A stretch of 64,000 nt of DNA from a virus. The position numbers and the translations under genes are program-made. Where the stretch lies: the IMG/VR virus record IMGVR_UViG_3300045988_111617; one strand, 5' to 3'. This document shows positions 1-10,279 of the stretch, piece by piece (positions within the stretch are counted from its first letter, which is position 1; each line of letters starts with the position of its first letter). The notes beneath the pieces are model-generated. The model was not told the origin of the DNA and did no database searches. It saw only the letters and a program-made list of their open reading frames with translations.

Positions 1-423
1 CAACTTATTTATGAAGAAGTACTTAAGGAAGCTAAGGATAAAGGCTGGCTTAAACCTGTGTATATTCACGATGACATTATCTTCTCTCATGCAGGAGTAT
101 CTTCATATTGGCTCAAAGAGGTAGCCCAATTAGCACATCCTCAGGACATTACTTGGGAGAATGTTCCTCTTGATAAGTTCAACTTCAATGAACTTACTGG
201 GTACAATCCATTTGGAGATACACCTTCACAGAGTCCTATCTGGCTTAGACCTATGTCCCTTCTGAAATACCCCATTGATGGATACAGGCAGGTAGTAGGA
301 CATACTCAGATGAAGGTTCCTGTGAATAGGGATAAAGTATGGTTCAATGATATGATGCCTAAGTATTATATCATTGTTGAAGATGGTAACATAGAGTTTA
401 AGGAGAATAAACTGGAAGTTTAA
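1..423 (+). CDS. Partial CDS (5' end outside window): calcineurin-like metallophosphatase / Ser-Thr phosphatase C-terminal part
   Basis: Frame 1 is open from position 1 through the ORF 58..423. C-terminal motifs typical of PPP-family metallophosphoesterases are present (..VVGHTQ.., GD...W). crAss-like phages commonly encode such a phosphatase. Confidence 0.5.
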   Translation, partial: QLIYEEVLKEAKDKGWLKPVYIHDDIIFSHAGVSSYWLKEVAQLAHPQDITWENVPLDKFNFNELTGYNPFGDTPSQSPIWLRPMSLLKYPIDGYRQVVGHTQMKVPVNRDKVWFNDMMPKYYIIVEDGNIEFKENKLEV

Positions 424-445
424 GTAATCATGGAAAGATAAAATT

Positions 446-724
446 ATGTATACAGTTAAAGAGTGGCATTGTAGACCCACTTATAGAAAAGGAGACTTAG
501 AGGCTGAAGCGGTAGTAATTAATGTTACTACTTTTAAAACTAGAAAAGCAGCTAAAGAGTTCATTGAAAATAAGTTGAAAGGGAAAAAGGAGGCTTGGAG
601 AAGATACCATAAAGGTAATGAGACAAGCTATTGTGGATATTGTACTGGTAAAACTTGGATTCATGAGAATAATGGTGAAACTTACAAGGAATCTTTCACT
701 TTTGAATTATCAAAAGGCATATGA
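446..724 (+). CDS. Hypothetical small basic protein (92 aa)
   Basis: Uninterrupted ORF in a compact same-strand array. Stop TGA overlaps the next ATG (ATGA at 721-724). Confidence 0.5.
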   Translation: MYTVKEWHCRPTYRKGDLEAEAVVINVTTFKTRKAAKEFIENKLKGKKEAWRRYHKGNETSYCGYCTGKTWIHENNGETYKESFTFELSKGI

Positions 725-1299
725 GTGAAATTGTTAGATTAGACCAAGTAACAAGTTGGAAGAGAGCTTTGAATGCTGCAAGAAGGACTATTGGTAAAAC
801 ACCATTAGCTAAAGAGCCTTCAAAGTCTTGGGAAGCAAAGATGCTCCTTGCTGAGCATAGTCCAATTAGGTTAGTAGAATTTGATTGGACATGGAAGGAC
901 ATCATGCAGTGGGTTACTACTCATCTTGTAAGACATCATGAAGGCTGTGAGAAGTTTGTTCATAGCCAGAGAGGAGACAGGAGAGTATTACCTGTCCCAA
1001 GAAATGAATTACCTCAAGGTGCTCTCAATGATATGGATATGACAGCCAATGCTCAAGCTATCATAAACATATCAAGGAAGAGACTGTGTTCTTGTGCTTC
1101 TAAAGAAACCAGAGAGGCATGGAAACAAGTAGTAGAAGCTATCAGGGAGGTAGACCCAGTATTAGCTGATAAATGTGTTCCTGAATGTCTGTATAGAGGA
1201 TTCTGTCCTGAGTTTATGAACCCTTGTGGGTATTCTAAAACTAAGAAATTTGAAGAGGATTTGCAGAAATACAGAAGCACAGACTATGAGCAGGAGTAA
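721..1299 (+). CDS. Hypothetical Cys-rich protein with RHx(8)SxR motif reminiscent of flavin-dependent thymidylate synthase ThyX (weak)
   Basis: 192-aa ORF translationally coupled to the upstream gene. Motif LVRHHEGCEKFVHSQRGDRR resembles the ThyX RHR-x7/8-S-x-R signature. Multiple Cys residues. Length is short for ThyX. Confidence 0.4.
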   Translation: MSEIVRLDQVTSWKRALNAARRTIGKTPLAKEPSKSWEAKMLLAEHSPIRLVEFDWTWKDIMQWVTTHLVRHHEGCEKFVHSQRGDRRVLPVPRNELPQGALNDMDMTANAQAIINISRKRLCSCASKETREAWKQVVEAIREVDPVLADKCVPECLYRGFCPEFMNPCGYSKTKKFEEDLQKYRSTDYEQE

Positions 1300-1552
1300 T
1301 TCCTGCTCTTTTTATAATAAGCAATTAAAAAAAAAGAGAATATGGCAATTTTTAGTAATGGTAAGGCTACATTTGCAGAGAGACTCAGCAGTGTAAAAGC
1401 TATGTTTCAGACTGCACACAATCAGGCATCTGCATTGAATGATGAGATGTAAAAAGAAATTGAAACAAAGCAGTCTCAGATTGAGTCTATTAATGCTCAA
1501 ATAAAGGAGATTAGTATCACTCAGGAAGAGACTAAGAGATTTATGTCTAACC

Positions 1553-2191
1553 TTGAAAAGTTTATTTAGTATGAATGAGGATAAATTAAAAGTCGGTAAT
1601 ATACTTTCTGAGACAACTCACTACAAGGTAGTGGCAAAGTTTGGAGACCATATTGACTGTATTCTTCAGGAAAGTGGAGACAAAATAAGTCTTGGAAATG
1701 ATTACGCCTTGAAGTATTGTTCTTCAGGAGATGTCTATGAAGAAATCAAGAAGGTGACCAAAGAGGATAAAGCTGATGGTACTCCAGGTATAAGAACTAT
1801 CTTTGAGAACATCCATTCTTCTGAGGTATTTACAGTGACATTCAAAAAGCAGGATAAAAAGAAGACCAAAAAGCAAATAGCAGAGGAGAAGAACTCTCAG
1901 ATAGATGAGGCTATTGCTATGATTAGCAGAGCCAAAGAGCAGAAGAAGTCTATGGCTGTAGCCTATGCTGAGGCTCTTGAGTTCATTCAGAACAATCCTG
2001 TAAAGGACTATATTGAAGGTGAGGATAGAGTACTGAGAGGCTACAAGATGCAGTTTGTCTCAAGAGATGGTAAATACAAATGTATGGACATGGATATTGA
2101 GAGAACTGAGAAAGAAACAGGTGAAAGATTGGTAAACATCAACACCATAAGTTGCTTGATATATAATGGTGTAAAATATATTGTGGAATAA
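1553..2191 (+). CDS. Hypothetical protein (212 aa), Lys/Glu-rich
   Basis: Long ORF on the early strand. No recognisable motif. Confidence 0.6.
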   Translation: MKSLFSMNEDKLKVGNILSETTHYKVVAKFGDHIDCILQESGDKISLGNDYALKYCSSGDVYEEIKKVTKEDKADGTPGIRTIFENIHSSEVFTVTFKKQDKKKTKKQIAEEKNSQIDEAIAMISRAKEQKKSMAVAYAEALEFIQNNPVKDYIEGEDRVLRGYKMQFVSRDGKYKCMDMDIERTEKETGERLVNINTISCLIYNGVKYIVE

Positions 2192-2258
2192 GCCAATTAA
2201 TTTTCAGTAAATTTGGAAATCTTACTTATTTTGCTTACCTTTGTAAAAAGAAAATATT

Positions 2259-2831
2259 ATGGGAGGAAAGAGAGTACAAATCATTGAAGTTAGTGGGATT
2301 AAATACAAAAAGTGTCCACATTGTGGTAGATTGCTACCATTATCTGACTTTGCTAAAAATGCTTCAAGCAAATATGGAGTCAGAAGTTGGTGTAAGAATT
2401 GTGTAAATAGTAATACTGACCCAGTAGCTAATAAACTCAGATGCAAACAGTACTATGAAACTACTGGGAGAGAACTTACTAAGCAGAGAAAGGAGAATAA
2501 TATACAGCTCTATTTATATCAATCAGCAAAATCAAGAGCAAGTCAAAAAGGAATAGAGTTTTCTATTAGTATTGATGATATTTTGGTTCCAGATGTATGC
2601 CCTATTCTTGGAATACCTCTAAAATATAATAGAGGTATAAAGGAAGATAATTCTTATTCATTGGATAGAATAAACCCCGCTGAAGGTTATATTAAAGGTA
2701 ATATTTGGGTAATATCATTAAGAGCTAATAGAATTAAAAATGATTCTACTCCTCAGGAACTGAGACTTATTGCTGATAAGGTAGAAAAAGCTATCAAATC
2801 TCAATCTCTCAGCTTATCTACAATGGAGTGA
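2259..2831 (+). CDS. HNH homing endonuclease (HNH_3-like)
   Basis: N-terminal Zn-finger-like CPHCG...CKNC. C-terminal motif SLDRINPAEGYIKGNIWVISLRANRIKND is typical of phage HNH endonucleases (DRI.....GY..gN.......AN..K). A Bacteroidetes-type -7 box TACCTTTG lies about 20 nt upstream. Confidence 0.7.
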   Translation: MGGKRVQIIEVSGIKYKKCPHCGRLLPLSDFAKNASSKYGVRSWCKNCVNSNTDPVANKLRCKQYYETTGRELTKQRKENNIQLYLYQSAKSRASQKGIEFSISIDDILVPDVCPILGIPLKYNRGIKEDNSYSLDRINPAEGYIKGNIWVISLRANRIKNDSTPQELRLIADKVEKAIKSQSLSLSTME

Positions 2832-2894
2832 AGTATGTTGTAGAGTAAATCTCTACTATTTACTTCTCTTTTTGATAATATTAAGAAATTTTCT

Positions 2895-2927
2895 AAGGGA
2901 GATAGCAATATCTCCCTTATTTTTTTA
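2895..2927 (+). terminator. Rho-independent terminator hairpin AAGGGAGATAGCAATATCTCCCTT followed by a T7 tract
   Basis: Perfect 10-bp stem followed by TTTTTTT, downstream of the HNH gene. Confidence 0.65.
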
Positions 2928-3001
2928 TACTATAATTAGTAATCAAATTAGAGAGTATACAGATTAATACTTAATAGCTTGGTTAATTAAAATTAAATAC
3001 T

Positions 3002-3009
3002 TATCTTTG
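3002..3009 (+). promoter_or_regulatory. Candidate Bacteroidetes-type promoter -7 element (TATCTTTG matches TAnnTTTG) upstream of the giant RNAP-like gene
   Basis: Motif match about 32 nt upstream of ATG 3041, in an AT-rich intergenic region. Bacteroidetes sigma-A recognises TAnnTTTG. Confidence 0.3.
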
Positions 3010-3040
3010 TCTATCTTTAAATTAATTAATACCAAATAAC

Positions 3041-6000
3041 ATGAATTCAGGAATTAATTGTGTTGTTGACACTCCAATACTTCAGGAATTATACAACAAA
3101 GTTAAAAACAAAGTAGAAAGTTATGAGGAATTTAAAACTCTTGTATCCCTTTGGTGGAGAAGAGAGAAACAAAAAAATCCTCAGTTTGATTATGAAGTAT
3201 ATCCATCTCCTGATAAGATAGATTCTCTGCTTGCTGAAAGAACTAACAAGAAAGAAGAAGGAGTGGATTCAACTATTTCATATACTCCAAAAGGTAAGAG
3301 AACTCAAGTATATACTATTAAAGGGTCTCATATCTATAATAGGGATGGCAAAGAAGTATTTGCAAAAGACAGTATAGATAGAAATAAGATATTCGCTAAT
3401 TTTGCTGTTAAATCTGGGAGAGCAGTAGTTGTCGAGCATAATAACAGTAGATATGTTGTAAATGATAGAAATCAAATTATCTCTGTTACTACTGGTAAAA
3501 TGATGCAGTGGGATGAGAAGAATAAGGATAGAAATGCAATCATTAAAGCTGCTCAGGAGAAGTTTAATGGGAGAAAGTCAGCGGAAGTAGAAGAAGCTCC
3601 TATATTTGAAGATAATGAAACTTCTTCTGAGGAAAGAGGCACAGCAATAAATAACTTTATTCCATTTTCAGAAGAAATAGAAGAGCTTTCTCTTGAAGAG
3701 AGAGGGCTTACTCCTGCTATAAATCCTAATGATTTGGAAGCTAAAGCAGATGTTGCTTTTGGAACTCCTCAAAGAAGAAGGGATAGAGTTAATCTTATTG
3801 CTAATGCTATTAGACAAAATTTCAGTATTGAATTTGAAAGACAGAAAAGAGTTTTACAGGAAAGACTTTCTTCTGAAACAGATGCTGATAAGATTGTAGA
3901 ACTACAGGAGCAATTAGATACTCTTGATGAAAAAAGAGCTGTTGAACTCGGTTTTAATAATATCCTTGTAAGAATAAGGAAAATGTTTCAACCAAAAGAT
4001 TCTCTTCCTGCTTATTACAATTCAGAGTTTGTGAAACTTCAAGATAATTGGGATACAGTAGTTGCAGAGGCCCTGGAGCTTTTAAAAGAAACTGATGGTT
4101 TAGCAGTTGATTTCATTGAAACTAATTTTGATGATGGAACTCAGATAGATGAAGAATCAGGAGATTACTTTGATGATGATAGTCAGAAGGAGTATGGTTA
4201 CAAAGATGGTTGGATGACTAAAGCTAGATTTGTAGACCAGAGAGATTCTCTCAGTAAGAAGGTTAGAAAAATCATTTGGACTACTGATAAAATCGGCTTT
4301 GACGGAAAGCCAGAAATTGATGATTTAGGTTTTAAAAGATATTTGCAACCAGATATGGTGCAAGCTACTCTTTTACAAGCTTTTGGACAGTCAAGAAATT
4401 CTGAGCATTTTTGGAAAATCCTTAATGATTTAGCTAAAAGAAAGAAGTGGGTTCAGCCTCTTATAGACAGACTCAATAAAGAAGAAGATACTAAATCTCA
4501 ATTTTATCAGAACTTTAGAAAGGAGTTTATGCCTTATTGGGTACAACTTCAGAAAGAAGTAAAAAATACTGATGGAGAAGTAATATCAGTTGTAACTCAA
4601 ACTAAGAGGGTAAATAAAATTCCTGGAATTATGCACATGCTTGATGAATGGAGGGATAATTATGAGGAAGGGTCTAAATTAGATGAGCTTAGTGTTTATA
4701 AAGAAGGACAACAGTTAGACAAAGATAATGCAAGTAAAGCATTTGATTATATTTCAGAGCTTCAAAATAGTTATCCTGAGGATGTTAATGAATGGATAGA
4801 ATCAGATGATAATCTCAATAAGGTAATGAGAGCTCTGCACATGGCAGGAATAACTGCTGATGCAGAAGTTGTAAGAGAAGCTTTAAAAGGAGAAGACTTA
4901 CAAGACGGTACTCAAAGACTTGATAAAATTTATCAGCTTTTATCTGGAATGTTCAGAGATATTAAAGAGGATAAAGTTGGCAAGACAGTATCTTCAGATG
5001 GCACTGTACAATATGATGACCTTCTTAATGCTTATGACAGCACTTATACTATAATAGCTAAAATAATAGACACTATTCCAGAAGATTCTGTATTAAGTTC
5101 TTTTAGAGAAGCAGGTAATTCCTATCAGAGTTATTCAGCTCCTTCTTATTTAGGTAAACTTATAAATAATTTAAAGAACTTAGATGGAACAGCAGAGTCT
5201 TTAAACAAGTTTTATCAAGAACAATATGGTCAATATAAATGGTTTTATAGTAGAAATACAGGATATAGAAGTTCTTGGCTTAGACAACTTGTAAATAGCC
5301 AAAGTAAGAGAGATTTGCTTGATAGGAAAGTAATTTTACATTCTGGTAAACTTGAATTTAATGACTGGGGAAATTCAGAATATGCTAAGGTAATGATTTC
5401 TGAATTTTTAAGCACTGCTGATAATAATTCTGCTTGGTATTACTTACCTCTGCTTGCTGATGCTGAATCTGCTGAGTTCATAAAGTTCACTAAATATACT
5501 GATTCTTCTGTACAAGATGAATCAGGTAATTATATTCCTTATGACAAACTAATTCTTAATGAATTAGAGGATGTGGTAAGACAAGAGTATGACAGAATCA
5601 TGCTTGTAAGGCAGAGAGAGGGTAAAGTAAATCCAATAGCTAACTTTGATATTATAAGAGACAAGGATGGAGAGGAAATAGGAGTTGTCAGAAATGCTGA
5701 TGGAGATATTATCAGTAGAAATACTGGTAATGAGTTTAAGTTTTTCCCTGCACTTAATACCTATAAAATAAATGGCAGACTCTTTATAGATGTGCTTCAA
5801 GAAAAAATACTTAGAAATGATTCTGATGTAGCTAGCTTTATTCAATCAGCCTTAAGTGATATTATGGAGAGTGGATTTGCTAAGTTCATGAAAACCATGG
5901 ATGAAGCAGGAGTTTTAGAGACTAATAATGGAGTTTCTAAATATTTTCAAATGAAAGCAAGTGAGTTGGAAGGGACTCTGAGAAATTTTTATTGGAATAA

Positions 6001-9000
6001 TGCTCTTGCTCAAACTCAGCTTATTGAGCTTACTACCACAGACCTTGCTTATTATAAGGATATGAGGGACTTCCAGAAAAGGTTTAAAGAGGTTTATGCA
6101 CAAACTCTTAAACTCAATACTGAAGCAACTTTTAATGGTGAAAAGGTGGGAAGGCAAAAAGGAAGAGTAGCTTATTTGAAGGACTTGAAGATGGTTGCTC
6201 CTTCTAAAGAAGCCTTAAAGCAAATGCTTGAAGGTAGAGTAGAAGCAGGTGCAATATCTGAACTGGATAAAGATGCTATATTAAATCACTTTAATAAGGT
6301 TAATGTTGCAGATGCCCAAGCTTATAGAACCCTTGATTCTTATAGAAGAGTGTTAGTTATGTCTGGTAGGTGGACTCAAACAGATGAGGATGCTATGAAC
6401 AGACTTAAAAATGGCACTTGGAATATTAGGGATTTCAATACTATTTGGCAAACTATTAAACCATTTATGTATACACAAGGACCTAGGCCTTCTGGAGTAG
6501 CTGATTATGGAAATATAAAAGTTCCTTCTCAGTATAAAAACTCTGAGTTCCTACTTCTTGCTATGTATAATACCATTGCTACTCCTTTACAGGATTCTTC
6601 AGTATTGAGAGCTATTAATGAATTTATGGAAGAGAATGATATTGATATAGTGATGTTTGAATCTGCTGTAAAAGCAGGTAATCAAGCTCCTATTAAGATA
6701 GATATAAATATGTCTCTTCCTGATATTAAGAATCTCTTAAATTCTAAAATTAAGAATTCTGATGGCTCTGAGAATGCAGAAGTTATTCATGAGTTTGATT
6801 ATGAAGATTATGGTATCCAAGTTGAGACTCCTGAACATATGGTAGATAAATACCAGTTGTTTGGTACCCAAATTAGGAAACTTATTTCTTCAGATATGGC
6901 TGATGACATTGAAATTTCCCTCTTTGGTTCTAAAAAGAAATTCTCAAAAGCTGAATGGTGGACTATGTATAATGGGCTCATTACTGCCAATGTTGTAGAT
7001 TCATATAATGAGGTAGCTAAAGAGTTTTCTTCAATAGAACATGTTGCAGAAATAATCCAGAGTGAGCTTAAAGGTAATACCAGATATAGTGATGAGATAA
7101 AGAAAGCTTGTGAATTAATAGAAGTAACAAACCCTCTTACAGGGGAGACTGAGAAAGTATTTAATCTTCCTCTTTATGACCCAGTACAAAGTGAGAGAGT
7201 TCAGCATCTTTTAAATAGTATAATTAAGAAGAAAGTTGTAAAACAAACTATAAAAGGAGGAACAGGAATTCAGGTATCTGCTTATGGTTTAACTGATAAG
7301 CTTTCCATTGTTTGGGAAGGAGAAGGGAAAAACAGAAGGATGAAGTATATGGAGTGTTATCTTCCAGCTTATTCTAAGGAATTCTTTGAACCTTTGATGA
7401 AGTTTAAAACAGTGAATGGAGAACAAGTTGGTTATTTGGATATTAATGAATTACCAAATGAACTTAGAAGAATCATAGGATACAGAATCCCAACTGAAGA
7501 TAAATATAGTATGGCTCCTTTATATATTAAAGGATTTCTTCCACAGGAAAATGGTTCTATGATTATGCTTCCAGCAGAAATAACTGAACTCACTGGTTCA
7601 GATTTTGATGTTGATAAGTTTTATCTTATGTTTCCTGAATTCTATATTCAAAAGTTCAATTATTCTAGAGCTAAAGAGGATTTCCAAAGGTTAAACAAAA
7701 TAACTGATGAGGTAGCATCTTGGTTCAAGAACAGTGACCTCAAAGAAGCTTTTGATGAAGCTCCTCAAAGTTTTAAAGAATGGTTTGAAGATAACAAAAA
7801 ATCTTATAGATATGATAAACCTAGAATAATATATAATAGGTATGATTATTCAAAATCTACAAGAGAGAATTCAGTACAACAGAGAAATAATCAGCTTATT
7901 AATATGATTTGGGGAGTACTTACTAACCCAGATACTGTTGAGAAGCAATTAAACCCTGGCAATTTTGAAAAGGCTAAAATAGCTGCTAGAATTTGTAGTA
8001 TTGCAAATAATGCAGACTCTACTAAGTTAATGAGTCTTTTAGGAATTACAGATAAAGAACTTATATATGATACTCTTGCTAAACTTTCCTTAGATGAATT
8101 GGATGCTATTTCTTCTTCATTCATTGGAGTACTTAGTCCTATAAATCCAACTACTCAATTATTCTTTCATAGTCAAAATGCTACAGGAGGTAAGATGATT
8201 GGTATTTATGCAAATAATAATGCTAGTCATGCAATAGTGCAGCACACTAAACTTTCTTGTATTCCATTTATTATTGATGGGCATACATATAATTCTCTTC
8301 ATTCTATAAAGAATGAAAGAGGTAATTATATTACAAGAAATATTTCTAACTTCCTTGCAGCTTCTGTGGATAATGTAAAAGACCCTGTGCTTAAAGACCT
8401 TATGCAAGACACTATTACAGGAGATTTATCTTGTTTTATGTTAAGGGCAGGAGTAGAACCTAATGAAGTAGGATTATTTATGAACCAGCCTATTGTCAAA
8501 GAAATTATAGAAGCTTTGAGAAAAAATGAATTTGGTGATAGAAAGACTATTATAAATTCTGTGATAGATTCTTGGGCTAAACAAAGACAATGGAAAACTT
8601 CTAAAGAAGATGCAGAAAGATATAAGAATCTTTATTCAGAAGATTTATTCAATGCAATTCTTTTTGAAAAAGATATGCAAAGAACATTTGATGAAAATGC
8701 AACTAAAGAAGAACAAAATTGGTTTAATTTCCAATTATATGTAGGAAATGCTTTCAAGAACATGTACGCAACCAGTAATGATTTATCTGAACTTACTGCT
8801 ATTATGAGGGCAGATACTTCAAATGGTTCTGCTGGACCAAGTAATGCAGATACTTATAATAAGATTAACAGAATATTAAGATTTCAAGAGAGGATGCAGT
8901 CTGATAGGTTTAATCTTATAAACGCAGATTTAATCAGCTTTAGTTATCCAAAAGAAGGAGAGGATATTTATGACTCATGTATGAAAACTTCTTTACCATT

Positions 9001-10276
9001 CCTAAATGCCTTTACTAATGCAGGAATTGGAGGAACAATGGTCTTAATGAAGAAGTATTTTCCTCATTTCAATGCCTCTATATACAACATGCTATTTGAC
9101 CCAGAATTTGGATTGACTACATATTTAAAAGAGGGCAGAACTAATACGAAGTTTATAAATACTGTTCTTAATGATTTACTAGTATATGTAATGTCTAAAA
9201 CACAGTTCTTTAACTCTTATGTAGATAATGTGGGGAATGTACATACTGGAATTGAAAACAGAAAGAGATTCATAATAGATTTTCCTAATGAATTTATTAA
9301 AATAGTTAATGAAAATCCAGATATTGCTGAGAATAGATTTGTATCAAGAATTAGATTGAAATATCCTAAGAGAGGAGCAAATGGAAAACTTCCAATAGCA
9401 TCTTTGGCATTTAGAAATTCTGGTAAACTCAGTACAATACAGAGGGATATGTATTCGAGAGACTGGCTGTCTTTATTATATAGTCCTAATCCAAAAGCTG
9501 TAGAACTTGGATTGAACTTATTTAAGTATGCTTCTTTCATGGGAGGATTTGGATTTGGTCCAAATTCATTTATACATATGGCTCCTGTACTCCTGAGAAA
9601 GGCAATTCCAGGATATGAGCAAACACTTAGGAATCTTGTAAAGAAAGATGACTACTTTCCTTTCATTAGACAGTTTATATTGAATCATATGGATATGCCT
9701 AATTTAGTTCCTCAGTATGCTGAAAAAGACCTTTCTGGAATTACTTATTCAAATTATGACAGAAATTTTGAAGCTACTCCTAATAATCCTTCTTTTATTA
9801 AAGAGCAGATGACTACTACTGATGAAAGTAAGAATATGATATTAATGAATAAATTAATTCCTTTTATAAGTATCATAAAATCTAATGGGGAATTAGCTTA
9901 TTTTGAAGCAGATTCTTGGTATGTAGCAGATGGACAACCTATCAGGTATCATAAAGTCAGTCCACTTGGATTTAAAGGTAAAGTATTGGAGTATGAATAT
10001 GGAAAACCTAATTTGGACTCCGTATTTTATAAAGTTCAAAGACTCAAAGAAGACATGGTTTCATCTACTTTTGAAGATGGGGAAGATGGACTCCCTAGCA
10101 AGGAAATTGCTCCATATGATTCTGTTGAGCAAATTGAGGCTCCTATTCCAGAAGGATTTGATATAAGCTTTAAACAAAATATTGAAGATTATGAAGCAGC
10201 TCCAGTAGAAGATGCAAATGGACAAATAAGTTGTGGAGGATTTGATTTGGAAGGTTCTCCTTTGTTTAAGTTATAA
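3041..10276 (+). CDS. Giant virion protein (2411 aa), candidate crAss-type two-barrel DNA-dependent RNA polymerase
   Basis: 7.2-kb uninterrupted ORF. Contains ...ELTGSDFDVDKFYLMF..., resembling the universal beta-prime NADFDGD Mg-binding loop as seen in crAss-like gp66-type virion RNAPs. Directly followed (4-nt gap) by a second giant ORF, as in crAss-like RNAP cassettes. Confidence 0.55.
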   Translation: MNSGINCVVDTPILQELYNKVKNKVESYEEFKTLVSLWWRREKQKNPQFDYEVYPSPDKIDSLLAERTNKKEEGVDSTISYTPKGKRTQVYTIKGSHIYNRDGKEVFAKDSIDRNKIFANFAVKSGRAVVVEHNNSRYVVNDRNQIISVTTGKMMQWDEKNKDRNAIIKAAQEKFNGRKSAEVEEAPIFEDNETSSEERGTAINNFIPFSEEIEELSLEERGLTPAINPNDLEAKADVAFGTPQRRRDRVNLIANAIRQNFSIEFERQKRVLQERLSSETDADKIVELQEQLDTLDEKRAVELGFNNILVRIRKMFQPKDSLPAYYNSEFVKLQDNWDTVVAEALELLKETDGLAVDFIETNFDDGTQIDEESGDYFDDDSQKEYGYKDGWMTKARFVDQRDSLSKKVRKIIWTTDKIGFDGKPEIDDLGFKRYLQPDMVQATLLQAFGQSRNSEHFWKILNDLAKRKKWVQPLIDRLNKEEDTKSQFYQNFRKEFMPYWVQLQKEVKNTDGEVISVVTQTKRVNKIPGIMHMLDEWRDNYEEGSKLDELSVYKEGQQLDKDNASKAFDYISELQNSYPEDVNEWIESDDNLNKVMRALHMAGITADAEVVREALKGEDLQDGTQRLDKIYQLLSGMFRDIKEDKVGKTVSSDGTVQYDDLLNAYDSTYTIIAKIIDTIPEDSVLSSFREAGNSYQSYSAPSYLGKLINNLKNLDGTAESLNKFYQEQYGQYKWFYSRNTGYRSSWLRQLVNSQSKRDLLDRKVILHSGKLEFNDWGNSEYAKVMISEFLSTADNNSAWYYLPLLADAESAEFIKFTKYTDSSVQDESGNYIPYDKLILNELEDVVRQEYDRIMLVRQREGKVNPIANFDIIRDKDGEEIGVVRNADGDIISRNTGNEFKFFPALNTYKINGRLFIDVLQEKILRNDSDVASFIQSALSDIMESGFAKFMKTMDEAGVLETNNGVSKYFQMKASELEGTLRNFYWNNALAQTQLIELTTTDLAYYKDMRDFQKRFKEVYAQTLKLNTEATFNGEKVGRQKGRVAYLKDLKMVAPSKEALKQMLEGRVEAGAISELDKDAILNHFNKVNVADAQAYRTLDSYRRVLVMSGRWTQTDEDAMNRLKNGTWNIRDFNTIWQTIKPFMYTQGPRPSGVADYGNIKVPSQYKNSEFLLLAMYNTIATPLQDSSVLRAINEFMEENDIDIVMFESAVKAGNQAPIKIDINMSLPDIKNLLNSKIKNSDGSENAEVIHEFDYEDYGIQVETPEHMVDKYQLFGTQIRKLISSDMADDIEISLFGSKKKFSKAEWWTMYNGLITANVVDSYNEVAKEFSSIEHVAEIIQSELKGNTRYSDEIKKACELIEVTNPLTGETEKVFNLPLYDPVQSERVQHLLNSIIKKKVVKQTIKGGTGIQVSAYGLTDKLSIVWEGEGKNRRMKYMECYLPAYSKEFFEPLMKFKTVNGEQVGYLDINELPNELRRIIGYRIPTEDKYSMAPLYIKGFLPQENGSMIMLPAEITELTGSDFDVDKFYLMFPEFYIQKFNYSRAKEDFQRLNKITDEVASWFKNSDLKEAFDEAPQSFKEWFEDNKKSYRYDKPRIIYNRYDYSKSTRENSVQQRNNQLINMIWGVLTNPDTVEKQLNPGNFEKAKIAARICSIANNADSTKLMSLLGITDKELIYDTLAKLSLDELDAISSSFIGVLSPINPTTQLFFHSQNATGGKMIGIYANNNASHAIVQHTKLSCIPFIIDGHTYNSLHSIKNERGNYITRNISNFLAASVDNVKDPVLKDLMQDTITGDLSCFMLRAGVEPNEVGLFMNQPIVKEIIEALRKNEFGDRKTIINSVIDSWAKQRQWKTSKEDAERYKNLYSEDLFNAILFEKDMQRTFDENATKEEQNWFNFQLYVGNAFKNMYATSNDLSELTAIMRADTSNGSAGPSNADTYNKINRILRFQERMQSDRFNLINADLISFSYPKEGEDIYDSCMKTSLPFLNAFTNAGIGGTMVLMKKYFPHFNASIYNMLFDPEFGLTTYLKEGRTNTKFINTVLNDLLVYVMSKTQFFNSYVDNVGNVHTGIENRKRFIIDFPNEFIKIVNENPDIAENRFVSRIRLKYPKRGANGKLPIASLAFRNSGKLSTIQRDMYSRDWLSLLYSPNPKAVELGLNLFKYASFMGGFGFGPNSFIHMAPVLLRKAIPGYEQTLRNLVKKDDYFPFIRQFILNHMDMPNLVPQYAEKDLSGITYSNYDRNFEATPNNPSFIKEQMTTTDESKNMILMNKLIPFISIIKSNGELAYFEADSWYVADGQPIRYHKVSPLGFKGKVLEYEYGKPNLDSVFYKVQRLKEDMVSSTFEDGEDGLPSKEIAPYDSVEQIEAPIPEGFDISFKQNIEDYEAAPVEDANGQISCGGFDLEGSPLFKL

Positions 10277-10279
10277 TTT

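Noticed and set aside
3278-9540. Minus-strand ORFs of 60-107 aa nested inside the 2411-aa gene (3278..3475, 5564..5845, 5915..6157, 6808..6990, 7891..8124, 8159..8407, 9217..9540), plus the + frame ORF 9930..10166
   Set aside because: They are fully embedded in a far longer ORF, with low-complexity Ile/Leu/Ser/Phe-rich translations typical of antisense AT-rich sequence. No start context or coupling.
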